This document shows, piece by piece, positions 47,932-60,738 of a stretch of DNA of 64,000 bases (positions are counted from its first letter, which is position 1; every line of letters starts with the position of its first letter). Origin of the DNA: Podarcis melisellensis (lineage: Eukaryota); NCBI GenBank assembly GCA_964234715.1, contig OZ174276.1; one strand, written 5' to 3'. The notes below the pieces were generated by a model. It was not told where the DNA came from. It searched no databases and was given only the letters and a program-made list of their open reading frames with translations. Both the position numbers and the translations under genes were made by a program.

Positions 47932-50818
47932 TTCCAGTGCAACAGGTCCCACTATCATGACAGGACACTCCCCCTTCTTCTCCCTCACCACACAACTCTT
48001 GTGCCTTCCCCCAAATCTTATTGGGAGAGTCAGAAAAAACCCCAGAACAAGGCTTTATTTGGGGAAATGGTTCTGTCTGGCAAGCAGAAATGATTTTGTG
48101 GATATTACCTTAGTGCAACATTTAATTCTGTCCTGACCCTTTTGGTGGTCGTTTACTTATCTGCTCTGATGTTACAGATGGCCCACACAGCTGAGTGCTG
48201 GGGGCGCATGCTTTGGAAACCCGCTCCCCTTCTTTGGCAGGGTGCCACAGGCTTTCCAATGACCACTTGAAGGTCTCACCTGAGGGGTCTCAGAGCCCAT
48301 TGCTTGAAAATGAGAAGCAATGCTCAGTGCTTATTATGTAGGATGGAAACAGCAGGATGGAGCCAGCAGTGAGGCTTACTTTATGAAATTTCAGTATTGA
48401 TTGACAGATCTGTCGACACACAAGGTCAGTGCACCATCTACTTATAGCCCATTTTACTAACTCTCTTTCTACCACTTGGGAAATCATGGATCCTCTACAT
48501 GGTGGCACTAAGGGGAGGAATGAAGTGGTTTGTGTTTAAAGCTGTGAAAGGGTGACAATCTACTGCCAACAATTTTGAATCTCAAGTCTGTTGTTACAGG
48601 GATGACATGAGACATAGCATACCCTCCTCTTTATGTACCAATGTATTTTCAGAAGAGCCTGGGGGCAAAGAACATGCAACAAAATTACACTTTTAAAACT
48701 GGTGCTTTTAAAGTGGAACTTCGTTTTAAAGCAAATATGTGTCCCAGCAAGGATACTGTATTATTAAAGCAGATTGTTGCATTTTGAGTGACAACACTGC
48801 CATGATAAACAAAGGCCATTATAATATCAAAAGAGCATTTAGAGCAACACACACAGGGTGGAATCCAGTTGGTGTTGCTGTGCTGATAGGAGGCAGATTT
48901 TTGGTCCCCCTCCAGAGCTGATTTGGAGGACGACAGCAGGTAGAAGGGAATTTGCTGAATGCTGCCTCCTTCACCTGCTCAGCTGACAGATGCCTTCTGT
49001 CTGAAAATGTGTACACACCAGGATTCAGCACATTACACTTTGTTTCAGGGTTGGCCTGCTCTGACTTTGAACAAACACATATAAAACCTTCAGGAAACAG
49101 TAACGCACAGAATTATAGTCTACTACTACTGGAAAACAAAACCAGTGTGCCAAACAGATGCCACCATGGGATTTTATAGGCATAACTGGGTGGGACTTAT
49201 TTGTATAATTAGTTGCAAAAATTCAGCTTTCGTAAAACACGTAGAGCAAAGTAAGCTGATAGAAGTCTGTGACACTTTCGGTTGCATGTCAGCTATCAGT
49301 GGAAGAAACTGCCTACTGTACTCACTCTAATCTCAATGGTCAGCAGTCAGAGGGATGAGATGAGAGCGCTGAGCTCCCTTTGCAACATCAGCATTTACTG
49401 CTGCTTACTGGGACGGGGCAGGAGCCAGGTCAGGGTTGTAGGGGTTGTGGATTGGCTCTTAAGGCAGCCCTGCCCTGCTCTGCCCAGGAAGCAGTAGTAA
49501 TGCCCCAGTCAGGAGCTCGGCTCTATGGCATTGCCCTTCTAGTTCATTGTACTTGAAATAAGCTGCTTGCTGCTTTCAGAAATTCAGTTAATAGATGGGA
49601 CAGAAACAACCCACACATATAGATAAAATAAACATCACATGAATAGACATTTCCCCCTTGTTGATTTTTTTAAAGATATGAATATAAGGATTTGGAGTTT
49701 GGGTTTTCAAAAAATATCTCAGGCATGTGAGTAGCAAGCATTTGCCCTGGCAAATGTACTGGGTTCCAGTTTTCCTGGGAGTGGGAAGGAGGGCTTGACT
49801 CAATAGGATTAGGAGGAAGAAAATAACCCTGAAATCTTTGAACCCTTACAGTGTTTTCAATTCTATGATGGTGCATCTTCCTCTCAGCATTTTAGACTCC
49901 AAAGTTTGACTGCTCATAATAAAACTGGATTTGTGCAATTTCACCCATAAATCTGAGCAGGTTAGTCAAGCAAGGGATGTGGGGATCTTGAGATGAGATT
50001 GAAAAGGAGGCTGGTCACGTACATTGCAAATTTCAGCTGCTTCTCCCCTCTCCCAAGTGACATTTACAAGGTGTGAAACAAGAAGCTACATTATTATAGC
50101 GGGCAGGAGGGGCGAAGTTCCTGCCCAATGAGAGACTTGTGCCCAGGACCTTCCCAGAGAAGCTAATTTCTCTTGAAGAAGGAACAAGATTCCACAGGAG
50201 GCAGAGCATAAATAGATGACAGATCTTGGCCAAGAGGAACAGGGCAAGATACTGGCCAGTGAGAGACTTGTGTCCAGAACCTTCCCAGAGAAGCTTGTTA
50301 CTCTTTAATGAGGAATGGGGTTTTGCATGGAAAATATAATGACATGCGGAGCATAAATAGTGGAGAGCTCTTGACATGCGATGTGGCGTGTCCCTCTCCT
50401 CTGCATAAATATCATTTGCGTATCATGCAAAAATGCAGATGCACCATGAAAAAAAGCAACCGGAATGCTTAAGCCTTTTCTAAACCTTGATATCTATGAA
50501 CAGGCATGTGCATTTACATAAGACAACTTCTCTTTTACAGTCACCAAATAATATACTGTTGCCAAAGCCAACCTAGGATGCAGGAAACTTGAAGCACACA
50601 AACCACATGAATCTAACATTTGCCAGCTGGAACCCATTTGCCCTCATTTGAATGGCTGAGTCCTTTCCTTTACCCATCATCCTGAATGTTAGCAACTCAT
50701 TGATTTGAATGGATTTGGGTAACCAGATATATTGGGATTATTAAAGCATTCACTATAGATCAACTCTGGAGTTATTGGAAGCATTTTGTTGGAGACCCCA
50801 CCTGCAATTGATCTAGCT

Positions 50819-50954
50819 CAGTGTTTCTGAAACACGGGTTTCCAGCTGTTTTTGGACTACAGTTCCCATCATCCCTGACCACTGGACTTGCTAGCTAGGG
50901 ATGATGGGAGTTGTTGTCCAAAAACAGCTGGAGACCCAAGTTTCAGAAACACTG
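50819..50954. mobile_element. Palindromic hAT MITE, 136 bp
   Basis: Perfect 15-bp TIR CAGTGTTTCTGAAAC and perfect 8-bp TSD ATCTAGCT (50811-50818, 50955-50962). Confidence 0.96.
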
Positions 50955-50980
50955 ATCTAGCTGGACCTTTCACTGCTCAA

Positions 50981-51054
50981 CAGCGCAATCCTACATATGT
51001 CTACTCATATGTTGTGGTGCTTATTTCCAGGTGAGTGCATATAGGATTGCAGCC
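50981..51054. mobile_element. Short palindromic MITE, internally deleted
   Basis: gcaatcctacatatg / catataggattgc arms. Confidence 0.65.
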
Positions 51055-51831
51055 TGAAATGGGTACCCTTGCATGATCCATTCAAGATCAAGTCCAGAGG
51101 GATTGCTGTTTGGAAAATGGCAGCTGCATGGGTGGATATGGACTCCTGCTGGGGAAACATTTGAGCCCTAAATCTAACTGTTTGAAGCACTTTTTTAAAA
51201 AAAAGAACAGTGTTATGCTAATGGAATAGAGACATTTGGAAGAAAGGGACACATTAGATTACAGTGACCTGGGATTGGGTGGGGAATATTTTATATTGTG
51301 TCATGGGATAAAAACACTCAGCTAACAAAGCTCACATTCCCCCGTCCTGCCACTTCTTGAAAGCAATGAAACCAGATACATTTGCCCTCTCTTCATCCAG
51401 TCAGCTTGCTCTCCGCAGAGCCACAGTTGGTGATTTTATACAATTTGCATCCCACAAATCTTCTTTTCTTGCCAATGAAAGGATACATAAGTTAAACATT
51501 GCTGAGCTGAACAACCATTCCACCACAAAAGAGGTTCTAAAGTCTCGCTCATGCTAATCTCTATTAGTATATTATTGCTTCCTTCCTTTTTACAAACAGA
51601 TCCCCAGGATCTGGACTGCAGGAAAATTGTGGGAGGAAAGCATCATTCATTAGTGACACCCATGTTACAATGTTGTATTTGAATGTTACATCAGTGGTCC
51701 CTTGCTCCCCTTCCCCATTCCCCCTGGGTGAGAGCTGAAAGCATGGCTATGAGGGAAAGATAGGAGTTTGTGCATCCTAGGTGAAAGATAGGGGTGGTTT
51801 GTTTGATCCCCCCTTCCTGTTTGCCACAGGG

Positions 51832-51886
<55 letters not shown>

Positions 51887-51902
51887 CAACAACAACAACA
51901 AC
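51832..51902. repeat. Compound (ATA)n(ACA)n microsatellite forming the L2 tail
   Basis: Direct observation; abuts the L2 3' end. Confidence 0.96.
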
Positions 51903-52225
51903 TATTATTTATTTATACCCCACCCATCTGGTTGGGTTTCCCCAGCCGCTCAACAGAATTAAAAGCACAATAAAACATCAAACATTAAAAACCTCCCTAA
52001 ACAGGGCTGCCTTCAGATGTCTTCTAAAAGTTAGTTGTTTATTTCCTTGACATCTGATGGGAGGGCATTCCATAGGATGGGCACCACTACTGAGAAGGCC
52101 CTCTGCCTGGTTCCCTGCAACCTGACTTCTCGCAGGGAGGGAACCGCCAGAAGACCCTTGGAGCTGGATCTCAGTGTCCGGGCTGAATGATGGGGGTGGG
52201 GACACTCCTTCTGGTATACTAGGCC
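51832..52225 (-). mobile_element. L2 LINE 3' end, 5'-truncated
   Basis: Minus strand ARTLRSSSKGLLAVPSLREVRLQGTRQRAFSVVVPILWNALPSDVK, then 3' UTR and microsatellite tail. Confidence 0.93.
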
Positions 52226-55200
52226 GAGTTCAAAACACATCTCAAGTGTGATTGATTGGCATTTTGTGATTGTGGCATTTTTTGTTGTTTTGATCCATTT
52301 GTATATTATTATTTTTTTGTATTAATATGCTGTATACCTCAGGGAGGGCCTTTGATCAAGAAGTGGAATATAAACAAACCATAATGTAACATCACACATT
52401 TGTACTAAACCCCTAATCCCTTAAAGGGCGGATCTTCCTTATCATTTGCAGGTTCCCATATGCAAAGGAAGACAGGAACAAAGCTCTGTGAGGTGGGGGG
52501 CATGTCTTGAGGGGTAGCCTTCATCCACAAGGGTAGGTCTCTGGAGAGGCCAGCTTAATGAACCCTTCACATCTCTTGTCATCTCTCTTCAATGGAATCA
52601 AACTCAGAAACATCACTGTTTAGCCTGAACGAGTACAGTGAGATGCAGTCTCTCACATCTACTGTCACTGTTGCTTGTGTTTGCAAACGTTACGAAGAAC
52701 TGTTTGCAGACCTGAAAACTCTCTCCAGCATCTCTGCAAACAGGATGTGCGTAGAACGTACACATATAAATCCTTCTTGTAACTTGCTTGGGGGCTATCA
52801 ATAGGGATCTAGTGCCACATAAAAGGCCATTTTAAGGACAACTGGCGAAAAGGAAATCACTGACTCTGAATTAATCAAGACTTGCCTTCTCACAATAGAT
52901 TCAAAAGAAGTAATTTCCTATGAGTATGTTGGGAAGGGAATCTCAAAAGGCTCCAAGGAGAACAAAGGGATATTTCCTATGCTAGAACCGACGCTTCCAG
53001 GGAAGTGGCACTCTAGAAAAGTCAAGCCAGTCATTTGCAGGGCAGAGGAGCAAAACACAAATTCAGTGGCTGCAATCCTGCAGTCATGTACATGTGCTTA
53101 AGTTCCTTGACTTGCATGAAGTACACTGGAGTGCTTGCAGAATCATACCCTACAGATGCATCAGGAAGCAGAGCTATGCCAAACATTTTGGAAAAAATGG
53201 GTGGAGAGTGAAATGAACCTTTCTTGAGAAATCCCTGAGAGAGGGGTGGGATTCCTTCTCAAATTTTGTTAGAGGATTGCCACTAACTTTATGAGGTGAC
53301 CAAGAGATTTCAATTTTTCCCTGGTTTTCTTAAGTTTATGAAAAGCCCTGCACTGCTCCCAGTGGCTCAGCTCTGCTTCCACATGCAAGGATACTGAGCA
53401 CACTCACTTACAGAAAGCTAAGGTTGCCACCCTAAACACACCAGGGAGCAGGACCCATTGGACGCAGTGGGACAGACTGCTCAGTAGATCTACGATGGAT
53501 TACATTGTTCAGAACCCAACTACCCTACGCAACGTAAAGGATGTAAAGTCCTTAGATGTAAAGTCCCAGTGTAACTTATTTCAAAGTGAACATGCATAAA
53601 TTGGGCTATAGCAGACATCCAGAACTTCCCAGAAGCAAGGGGTGGCTGTTTCTAGCCTAAATAGAGTTTCTTCATAAGATGGAAATAAATGCTCAGTAGA
53701 GTCATAAGCAATAATTTGAAGATTGAACATATTACAGAGCTCGTTTTGCACAAGACCAGCAGGCAAGATGGGCTGAGCGGATAATCCTGGTGAGATACAG
53801 AGTGGCACCACCTAAACAAGACTAGACTTCACCAACCTGGTGTCCCCCATATGTTTTCATCTAAATCTCACACACCTGCTGATTGGAACTTTCGTCCAAA
53901 ACACCTGGAGGATTATGGGTTGGCAAAGGCTGACCTAAACTCCTGTATCTGTGATGACATACTAGCACACTGTGTCCAATCTCAAGCCACAATAGTAATA
54001 CATGAACTATTGTGTTGGACTAACAAAGATGGCCTCCTTTGGTTCTTTAAAAAGAAAAGTGTCCTTTCATAATTCCATTTGTTATTTTTAAGAGACGATG
54101 TGGGCACTAAGTTCAGAGTTCATTTTAATCTTAGGGGAACCTTACAGTAGCTTTAGTTTAAAGGAGTTGGATTGTTGTTGATGATGTTGTTGTTACAACC
54201 TCTTATTCTTTTGCATCATTTTTATACACACTGCATCACACTATTTAAAGACTGATGTGGAACTTGAGGGGAGGAACCAGCTGACAGGATGGGGTGCTTA
54301 ACTCCTTACCATACCTGCCCATTTGCCCCTGCAAATGCCAAAATAAATAGTAGCAATGTGGGTCCCCAGAAGAAAGTTGGACATTTTGGGGTCAAAAAAC
54401 CAAACAAATCAGTGGGCATAAGAGGGCAGGGGGAGTTTAAATACCCTTAATCCCATTATATTTGCAAATGCAGGGTGAGGGCCACACGTTTCCCAAAATA
54501 ATGTCTCAGAGAACTCTACCCTCATAGCTGCAGAATGCCAGGAATCCAACCTCAGGGACCTGTTGTCAACATAATTATGAAGCATTTTATACACTAGGAA
54601 TTATACATAAATGATTTTTAACTGAGGATGAAATACGACTCCCCAGTCTCCAGTGACTGTTAAAGCCAACTGGTAGCTATTATTAAGCACTTATTTATTT
54701 GGCTTTGCAGCAGTCTGTTCCACCTAAACATTCCTTCTCTTACACACCCATGCACTGATTATGGGTGAGAAACAAACAAACAACCACAATCTTACTTACA
54801 ATCACACCTCCTCCAATTAAATTTTCTGTGGGATGCACAAGGCCAGACTCTCCCGCTCACACTGTGTGTTGTAGTGTGAATAGCAGTACTTTAGGTGGAA
54901 TTGTTGCTCTTGGCTAATATTACATCTGACAACAACAACAACAAAAACAAGAGGTCCCGGGGAGCCTCAAATTTCTTTGCATGCTCAGTTTAGTTCTACT
55001 CTTCTCAAGGATTCAAAAGTCTGAGCTTTCAGCTTTGGTCTCTGCCGCTGTCGGCTGACTTGTGAAACAATTCTGCTTGCTGCTAAGATCACAGGGTTTC
55101 CCTTCTGTGTACGAATCTGCCTTCTCAACGCCCATGCTCTATGACCACTGCACCAACAAATTCAGAAAGCAAACCATGGCCTGTGACCTCCTGTTTCTAA

Positions 55201-56226
55201 ATATGTTCTCCTTATCAGAGTTAAAAAAGAGCAACTGCTGTTGTGTGACTGCGCTGGAGTAGCTGCCCCCCTGACCTGCTCCTCTAATTTAATTTGCTTT
55301 TTCTACTTGCTGGCAAACAGCCTCTCTCCCTGCCCCTTTTTCCAAATCTTGGCTGACCAAAGAAAAATCTGGTGGTTGAAGTAGCTTTCTAAGATGAGCG
55401 AAAGTCCTAGGCTGGGAGGATCTTTTGCCTGCCTCTATATACCATCAGGGGTGAGATCCTACTGGTGGTGGGAGGAGGGAACACAGTTTGTTAAGCATTG
55501 ATATTTGAATGCACTCAAACTCCAGTTTAAGGCAGATTTATATTTCCCTTCCATTTGGGTGCAGAAAGAATCCCTATCATAATGTTTACATTTCAGCTGC
55601 AGTTAAATCTGTCATTAGGGTCAACAAGTAAGACCAGAAACATTTTTTTCCCAGACGTCAAGCAAATGATTGACTCCTGCAAATTGATGGCGGGAAAGAT
55701 GCTTGCTGCCTTACGAGTAAGATTGCATTTTGAAGGGCTTTGAAGATGCTGTTACTAGGGATATCAGAGGAATCCAATCTTTGAAAACTCTGATGTGGAC
55801 TGGCCTGATCCACACCTTGTAGCCTACTATGAAGATCATTCTGCTTCCACTTTCACACTTACTGAATATTCTGACACAGCCGCTTGCTCAAAAAATTCTC
55901 CGAAATATATGTTTAAGTCCTTCTTTTGACAATCTGTTTAGAAATACATAAATGTCCTTTTTTGCAGATTAAAAAAAAAAGATTCATAGTTTTATGTGTA
56001 ACGAGGACAAGAAGAAAAATGATCTGAGCAATGGCATGGATGGACTGCAGCCAAGATATAGCAGAAAATACTCCTGAATACACTCACCCTTCTCCACTAA
56101 TTTGTGTCTTGAGGTCCTGGCTACATCACCTCTTCAATATCAAAATGCCAAACCATCTTACTATTCAGTAAGGGAAACTTATTTTTGTCCTTGACCCTCA
56201 TGTGATCATCTTCCCAAATCCAAATA

Positions 56227-56466
56227 CAGCCAAACTCAGTTGTCTAATGTAATCCATTCCAGAAACCTGTTTGGCTTCCAAAACATTCTACAACCGAGGT
56301 CCAGTTTCCGATTGGTTGCAAGAGCTTCTTGCACTCCAGTGGAAGCTGCGTCAGATGTTTGGCTTCCAAAAAACGTTTTTAAAATGGAGCATTTGCTTCC
56401 AGGTTTTTGGCATTCGGGAGCCAAAACATTCCAAAACCTATCCATTAGGGAACCAAGGTTTGACTG
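56227..56466. mobile_element. pogo/Tigger-like MITE, 240 bp
   Basis: TA flanks at 56225-56226 and 56467-56468; TIRs cagccaaac / gtttgactg; internal gtttggcttccaaaa repeats. Confidence 0.85.
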
Positions 56467-57540
56467 TACCTGCCTCTCTGGAACCCCTATATTCCAACGT
56501 AGCTCAATGCTGCCATCTTGTCTTGTGGGTGTTTGGGATTTTGGATCCTGATCAAGTATGAATAAGCGAGTATCTGAGCTTCATCTCTGAATAAACATTT
56601 GGAGTTAAGCTATTTTTTTTATAATGCTGCATCCAGTTAGAACTAGCCAGCTCTGTTGACTGACACACATAGCGTGATTAAGAAGGTGGAACTACTTTCT
56701 AAATAAATTTCTCAATGCCTCCATTATTCATGGCATTAGAAATGGAGCATAGCACACAAATGGAGAAAAGAACAATCGGTCTCCATAAAGGGGTTGGCTT
56801 AAACAGGTCTCAGATTCCAAAAAATATGTGAGAGTTGGTCCTCCTGGAAACATCTAACCAGAAGTCCAGAACCGCTCTTCTGCAAAGAACTCCGAAACCC
56901 GACTGCTCAAGTAGCTAGTTCAGTTAAATGGACTGTATTGATTTTATTTGCAAGCCAAACCGACCCCCCCCCCATGAGTGTGTGTGTGGTTGTTGACTTC
57001 CCTTTTCTTTCCCTTCTCTAATAAAATTCTTTATATCTTGACATTTGGCTTCCTTGGTTTTAACAGGCAATTTTCTGGAATTTCTCACTAGAATCTTCCC
57101 CATGTGGTTAAGGCTGCATGATTAACCTACGACCCTTCCGTTCTAAGATTATTTCACAAGGTTTTGTTAAGATCTGCATCCACTGGGCTTTGGGAATAAG
57201 AAACCAAAACTGTTCTTATCATTTCCAGAACTTGGGCTGGTCATTGGGCTCCTCCTAACTCCTGGAAGTCACAGGTCACAGACCCCCTCGCTACAGTCTC
57301 AGTTATACCCCCCATTGTACCTACTTTGAACCTTGGGTGTTTTTGCCTGGCTGAAATGTGTCCTTAAACTGCAATAATTCCTCTGCCTTGCCTGGGTTGA
57401 GGAAACTAGCTTATTGGACGAAGGAGAAATTTACATCTAGTGCTCTTCTATGACCTCACTATGTACACTATGTGGTCCCTGGAAGGTTGTCAAGAAGATA
57501 ATGTAGATCCTAGGCTGAAATCATTTCTCCACCTCTGGAC

Positions 57541-57777
57541 TGGCAGTGTGGTGTAGTGGTTAAGAGCGGTAGTCTCGTAATCTGGTGAACTGGGTTCGCG
57601 TCTCCGCTCCTCCACATGCAGCTGCTGGGTGACCTTGGGCCAGTCACACTTCTTTGAAGTCTTTCAGCCCCACTCACCTCACAGAGTGTTTGTTGTGGGG
57701 GAGGAAGGGAAAGGAGAATGTTAGCCGCTTTGAGACTCCTGAAGGGGAGTGAAAGGCGGGATATCAAATCCAAACTC

Positions 57778-57807
<30 letters not shown>
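57541..57807 (+). mobile_element. Young full-length Squam3-like tRNA-derived SINE with (TTA)n tail
   Basis: A box TGGTGTAGTGG (57549-57559), B box-like GGTTCGCGTCT (57593-57603), core ctgggtgaccttgggccagtcac, retained CpGs, TTA tail. Confidence 0.9.
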
Positions 57808-57808
<1 letters not shown>

Positions 57809-59204
57809 GAAAGTAGCTACAATAAATATTTTTCAAATGCACTGTTAGTGTTTGTGGGAAGGAGAGGGTGTTGTTCAATCTTAAAAATAGTTTCAGCTCT
57901 GTCAATTGTGGGACAAATAGGGTTTCGATCTTCCGTGAGGGTTTTGCCAAGGCTGCATGAGAAGGTCATGCTCACAAGGAACTTGGCTACAGTACGCTAA
58001 GCTTGCCTCTCCATCCATTCTGCTGTCATCCTAGTAAGCCAAGTTACTGAGCTGACTTTCAAGTGGCAGGCAGCACCTGTTATATAACAAACTGAAAGCA
58101 GCCTGACATAACAGAGCCTGCTCAGAGTCTTAAATATAAACACAAGGCAAGTAATGGCCTGAAATTCCTGGGTGGAGCATGTGTAACACCCAGATTTAGG
58201 CTTCTTTGGGGCTATAATTGCACCACGTTATTTCTAGGTCGCTGGTTTTTTTGGCAGAGACATGGAATAATAGGGCTGAACCAATAGCAGAACTCTTTTT
58301 TTTACAGATTCAAAAATCGCCAGATTGTTTTGGTGTGTTGTGGGGGTTCATTCTAAAAGGGGGTGAATATCCTTTGTCTGTTGTATGGTGTCATGTTTAT
58401 TACATGATTCCCTTATTGGAATCACTTTGAGAAGGGAAATGAAAAATGATGTTGAAAGACAGAAATGGCACTGTACCTGACAGGGAAAGGGCAGAATACT
58501 TAGTGATTAAGGGTTCTAGTTGCTGTTGCTGTTTTAAAAAAGAAATATTTACCCTCCAGAATAAAACTGAAATAGGCAAATATTCAACCCAGGACTATTT
58601 AATAATCACCAGTTTGATCCAGGTCATCTTTTAGTCTGTTGATATAAAACAAACGGAGCTTGGGAGGCAGCTTGGCTCGCTGATGACACAATGGTTTCCA
58701 GTGAGAGATATAAGAAGGCGAAGCCTCAGAGCAGCGCTGGGATGAGAGGAAAACTTTAATGGAAAGCATGAAACACACGACGCATTGCACACCTTCCCCA
58801 GGGGCAAAGGAATACTTGGAATACTTCAGCAGGGCATCATAATGCAACATTGCATCCATGGCAACTGGGTATTTGCTTGGAAACATACCCATTCTAGCAC
58901 CTTCTGTGTTCTCATCCCTTGACTGCTCTACTCTCCTATGAAGCTACCATTTCCCCAAATCTTATATAGACATAAGACTCTTAATTTTCTAATGCAGCTT
59001 TCCTGCTTTTGAAGAGTTGGTTTATCTTAGCTAAAAAATTGCAAAATGTAATTATAGATAAAGGTTTAGGAGTTCAGAAAGTGGAAGAGCCAGTTTTGCA
59101 TTGTCTTCCAGTTCAGCTTCCAGTGCAAGAAAAAACACACCACTGAGAGTTTTCAGTTAAAAAAAGAGAGATCACGCTGTTCCATAAAATATTGCTGTTC
59201 CTTG

Positions 59205-59430
59205 GGGCATGCCACAATGGCCACATATGCATTTAAAGCAATATCATACATCAGTCATGGCTTCTGGGAACTGTGGCTTGTTAAGGGTGCTGAGAGTTGT
59301 TATTCAGCTCACAAAACTACAATACCCAGAGTGTTCAAACAACCAGTCCTTCTTCACAGGAAACTCTGGGAACTGTAGCTTTCTGAAGGGAATAGGGGTC
59401 CCTTAACAACTCTTAGCACCACTGCTTAAA
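59205..59430. mobile_element. Palindromic MITE, degenerate
   Basis: catttaaagca / tgcttaaatg and gttaagggtgctgagagttgtt / aacaactcttagcacc arms; related to 19760. Confidence 0.6.
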
Positions 59431-60635
59431 TGAGGGTGGTGGTTGTGATTATTATGATTATTGTTTTAATTTATTATACACCCTTCTTCCTAAGGTTCTA
59501 AGATAGGTTGAAACCATTTAAAATACATTAAAAACAATTAAAAGCAACTTAGAATCACAAAGAGAGGGTAGGTTCTAAAAATATACCTCTCAGGTGAGAA
59601 AGGGCAGAGTTTAAGGCATGACAGTGAGTTAGCATTTATGAATCAGCTTTTGCTAATGCATTAGAATTACGCAGGTTTAAACTATTTAAATTGAATTACT
59701 GAGGCAAATACACAGCATACCGGCACATGGCAGAAATGAATGCCTAGGAATGTGCAAGGGATATTTTCCATTGTTACAACTTGCAGTAGCAGTGCTGAAC
59801 AGCTTACTGATTCTTTGGGCATGTGCTGATCCACAGTGAATCAAACAGAGGATTTGGGGGGAATAGTTAAAGTATCACAAGTAGTCTGTTCCACACCTCA
59901 TTTCTATTGCTCATCATTTGTCATGTAAAACCCCTAAGGTTGGGCAGCTAGGGTGCAGCCCTTTGGGCTTTGTATGCTGTGTTTCTCATGCATAGTCTAG
60001 CCAATTTTTTTTTTCCTATTTCCACTTTCGCTCACGTAACACAGCTTTCCTTGAGGCCAGGCTTTCACATAACAAAGAACATGCCATTGCTTCATTAAAA
60101 GAACTATCGGAAAGATGGGTGTGAAGGGAGAAGTCGCATAAACACAGAAAGCTCTTGGCAATCAACCAATGGAAGGGGCTAGAGAAAAGGCAAATGAGCA
60201 ACTGGTGGGGAAGAAAAGGTACAGCTTTTGAGATTGAGATTGGTTAAGTATTGACATAGTTTCTGGAAGATTTCTGGATGACAGGACCAGTTCAAATGGT
60301 CTAGCACAAAATCACAGGCGACAATGAAGTTCACATGATAGCTGCAACCATGCCACACAAAACTGAATGTTTGCAGTCACTTTCATCAATTATCTCACAG
60401 TCAGTTTTCCTACATGATTACTTCTTGGTGCCTCAGGCAGCTACCTGACATTCAATCTGGAGGTGATAAATCCATCAGGGATTGGCTTTCCCATAATCTG
60501 AGAACGTGAATTCACCAAGAAGTGTTTCCATTTGAAAGAAGATCGTTCTTCACCTGAAGTTTATGCCTGTGTGGAAGGTGTAGCGACTACATAATTTAAA
60601 ATCAACTTCATAGATGTCTAGGTTGAACAGTGAAA

Positions 60636-60738
60636 TGTAGTGTGTAGGCAGCTGGAACAGGGTTCAATTCCTCACTCGGCCACGAAGCTCACTGGGTGAC
60701 CTTAGGCCAGCCACTGGCTCTTGGCCAAGCTTACCTTG
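60636..60738 (+). mobile_element. Old Squam3-like SINE fragment
   Basis: cagggttcaattcctcactcggccacgaagctcactgggtgaccttaggccag. Confidence 0.7.

Noticed and set aside
51686-52050. Poly-Leu and poly-Ile/Thr ORFs
   Set aside because: Trinucleotide microsatellite tail of an L2.
57510-57950. 146-aa ORF, and a possible tRNA gene at 57541
   Set aside because: The ORF is antisense read-through of a SINE; the head has Pol III boxes but no complete cloverleaf and continues into the SINE body.
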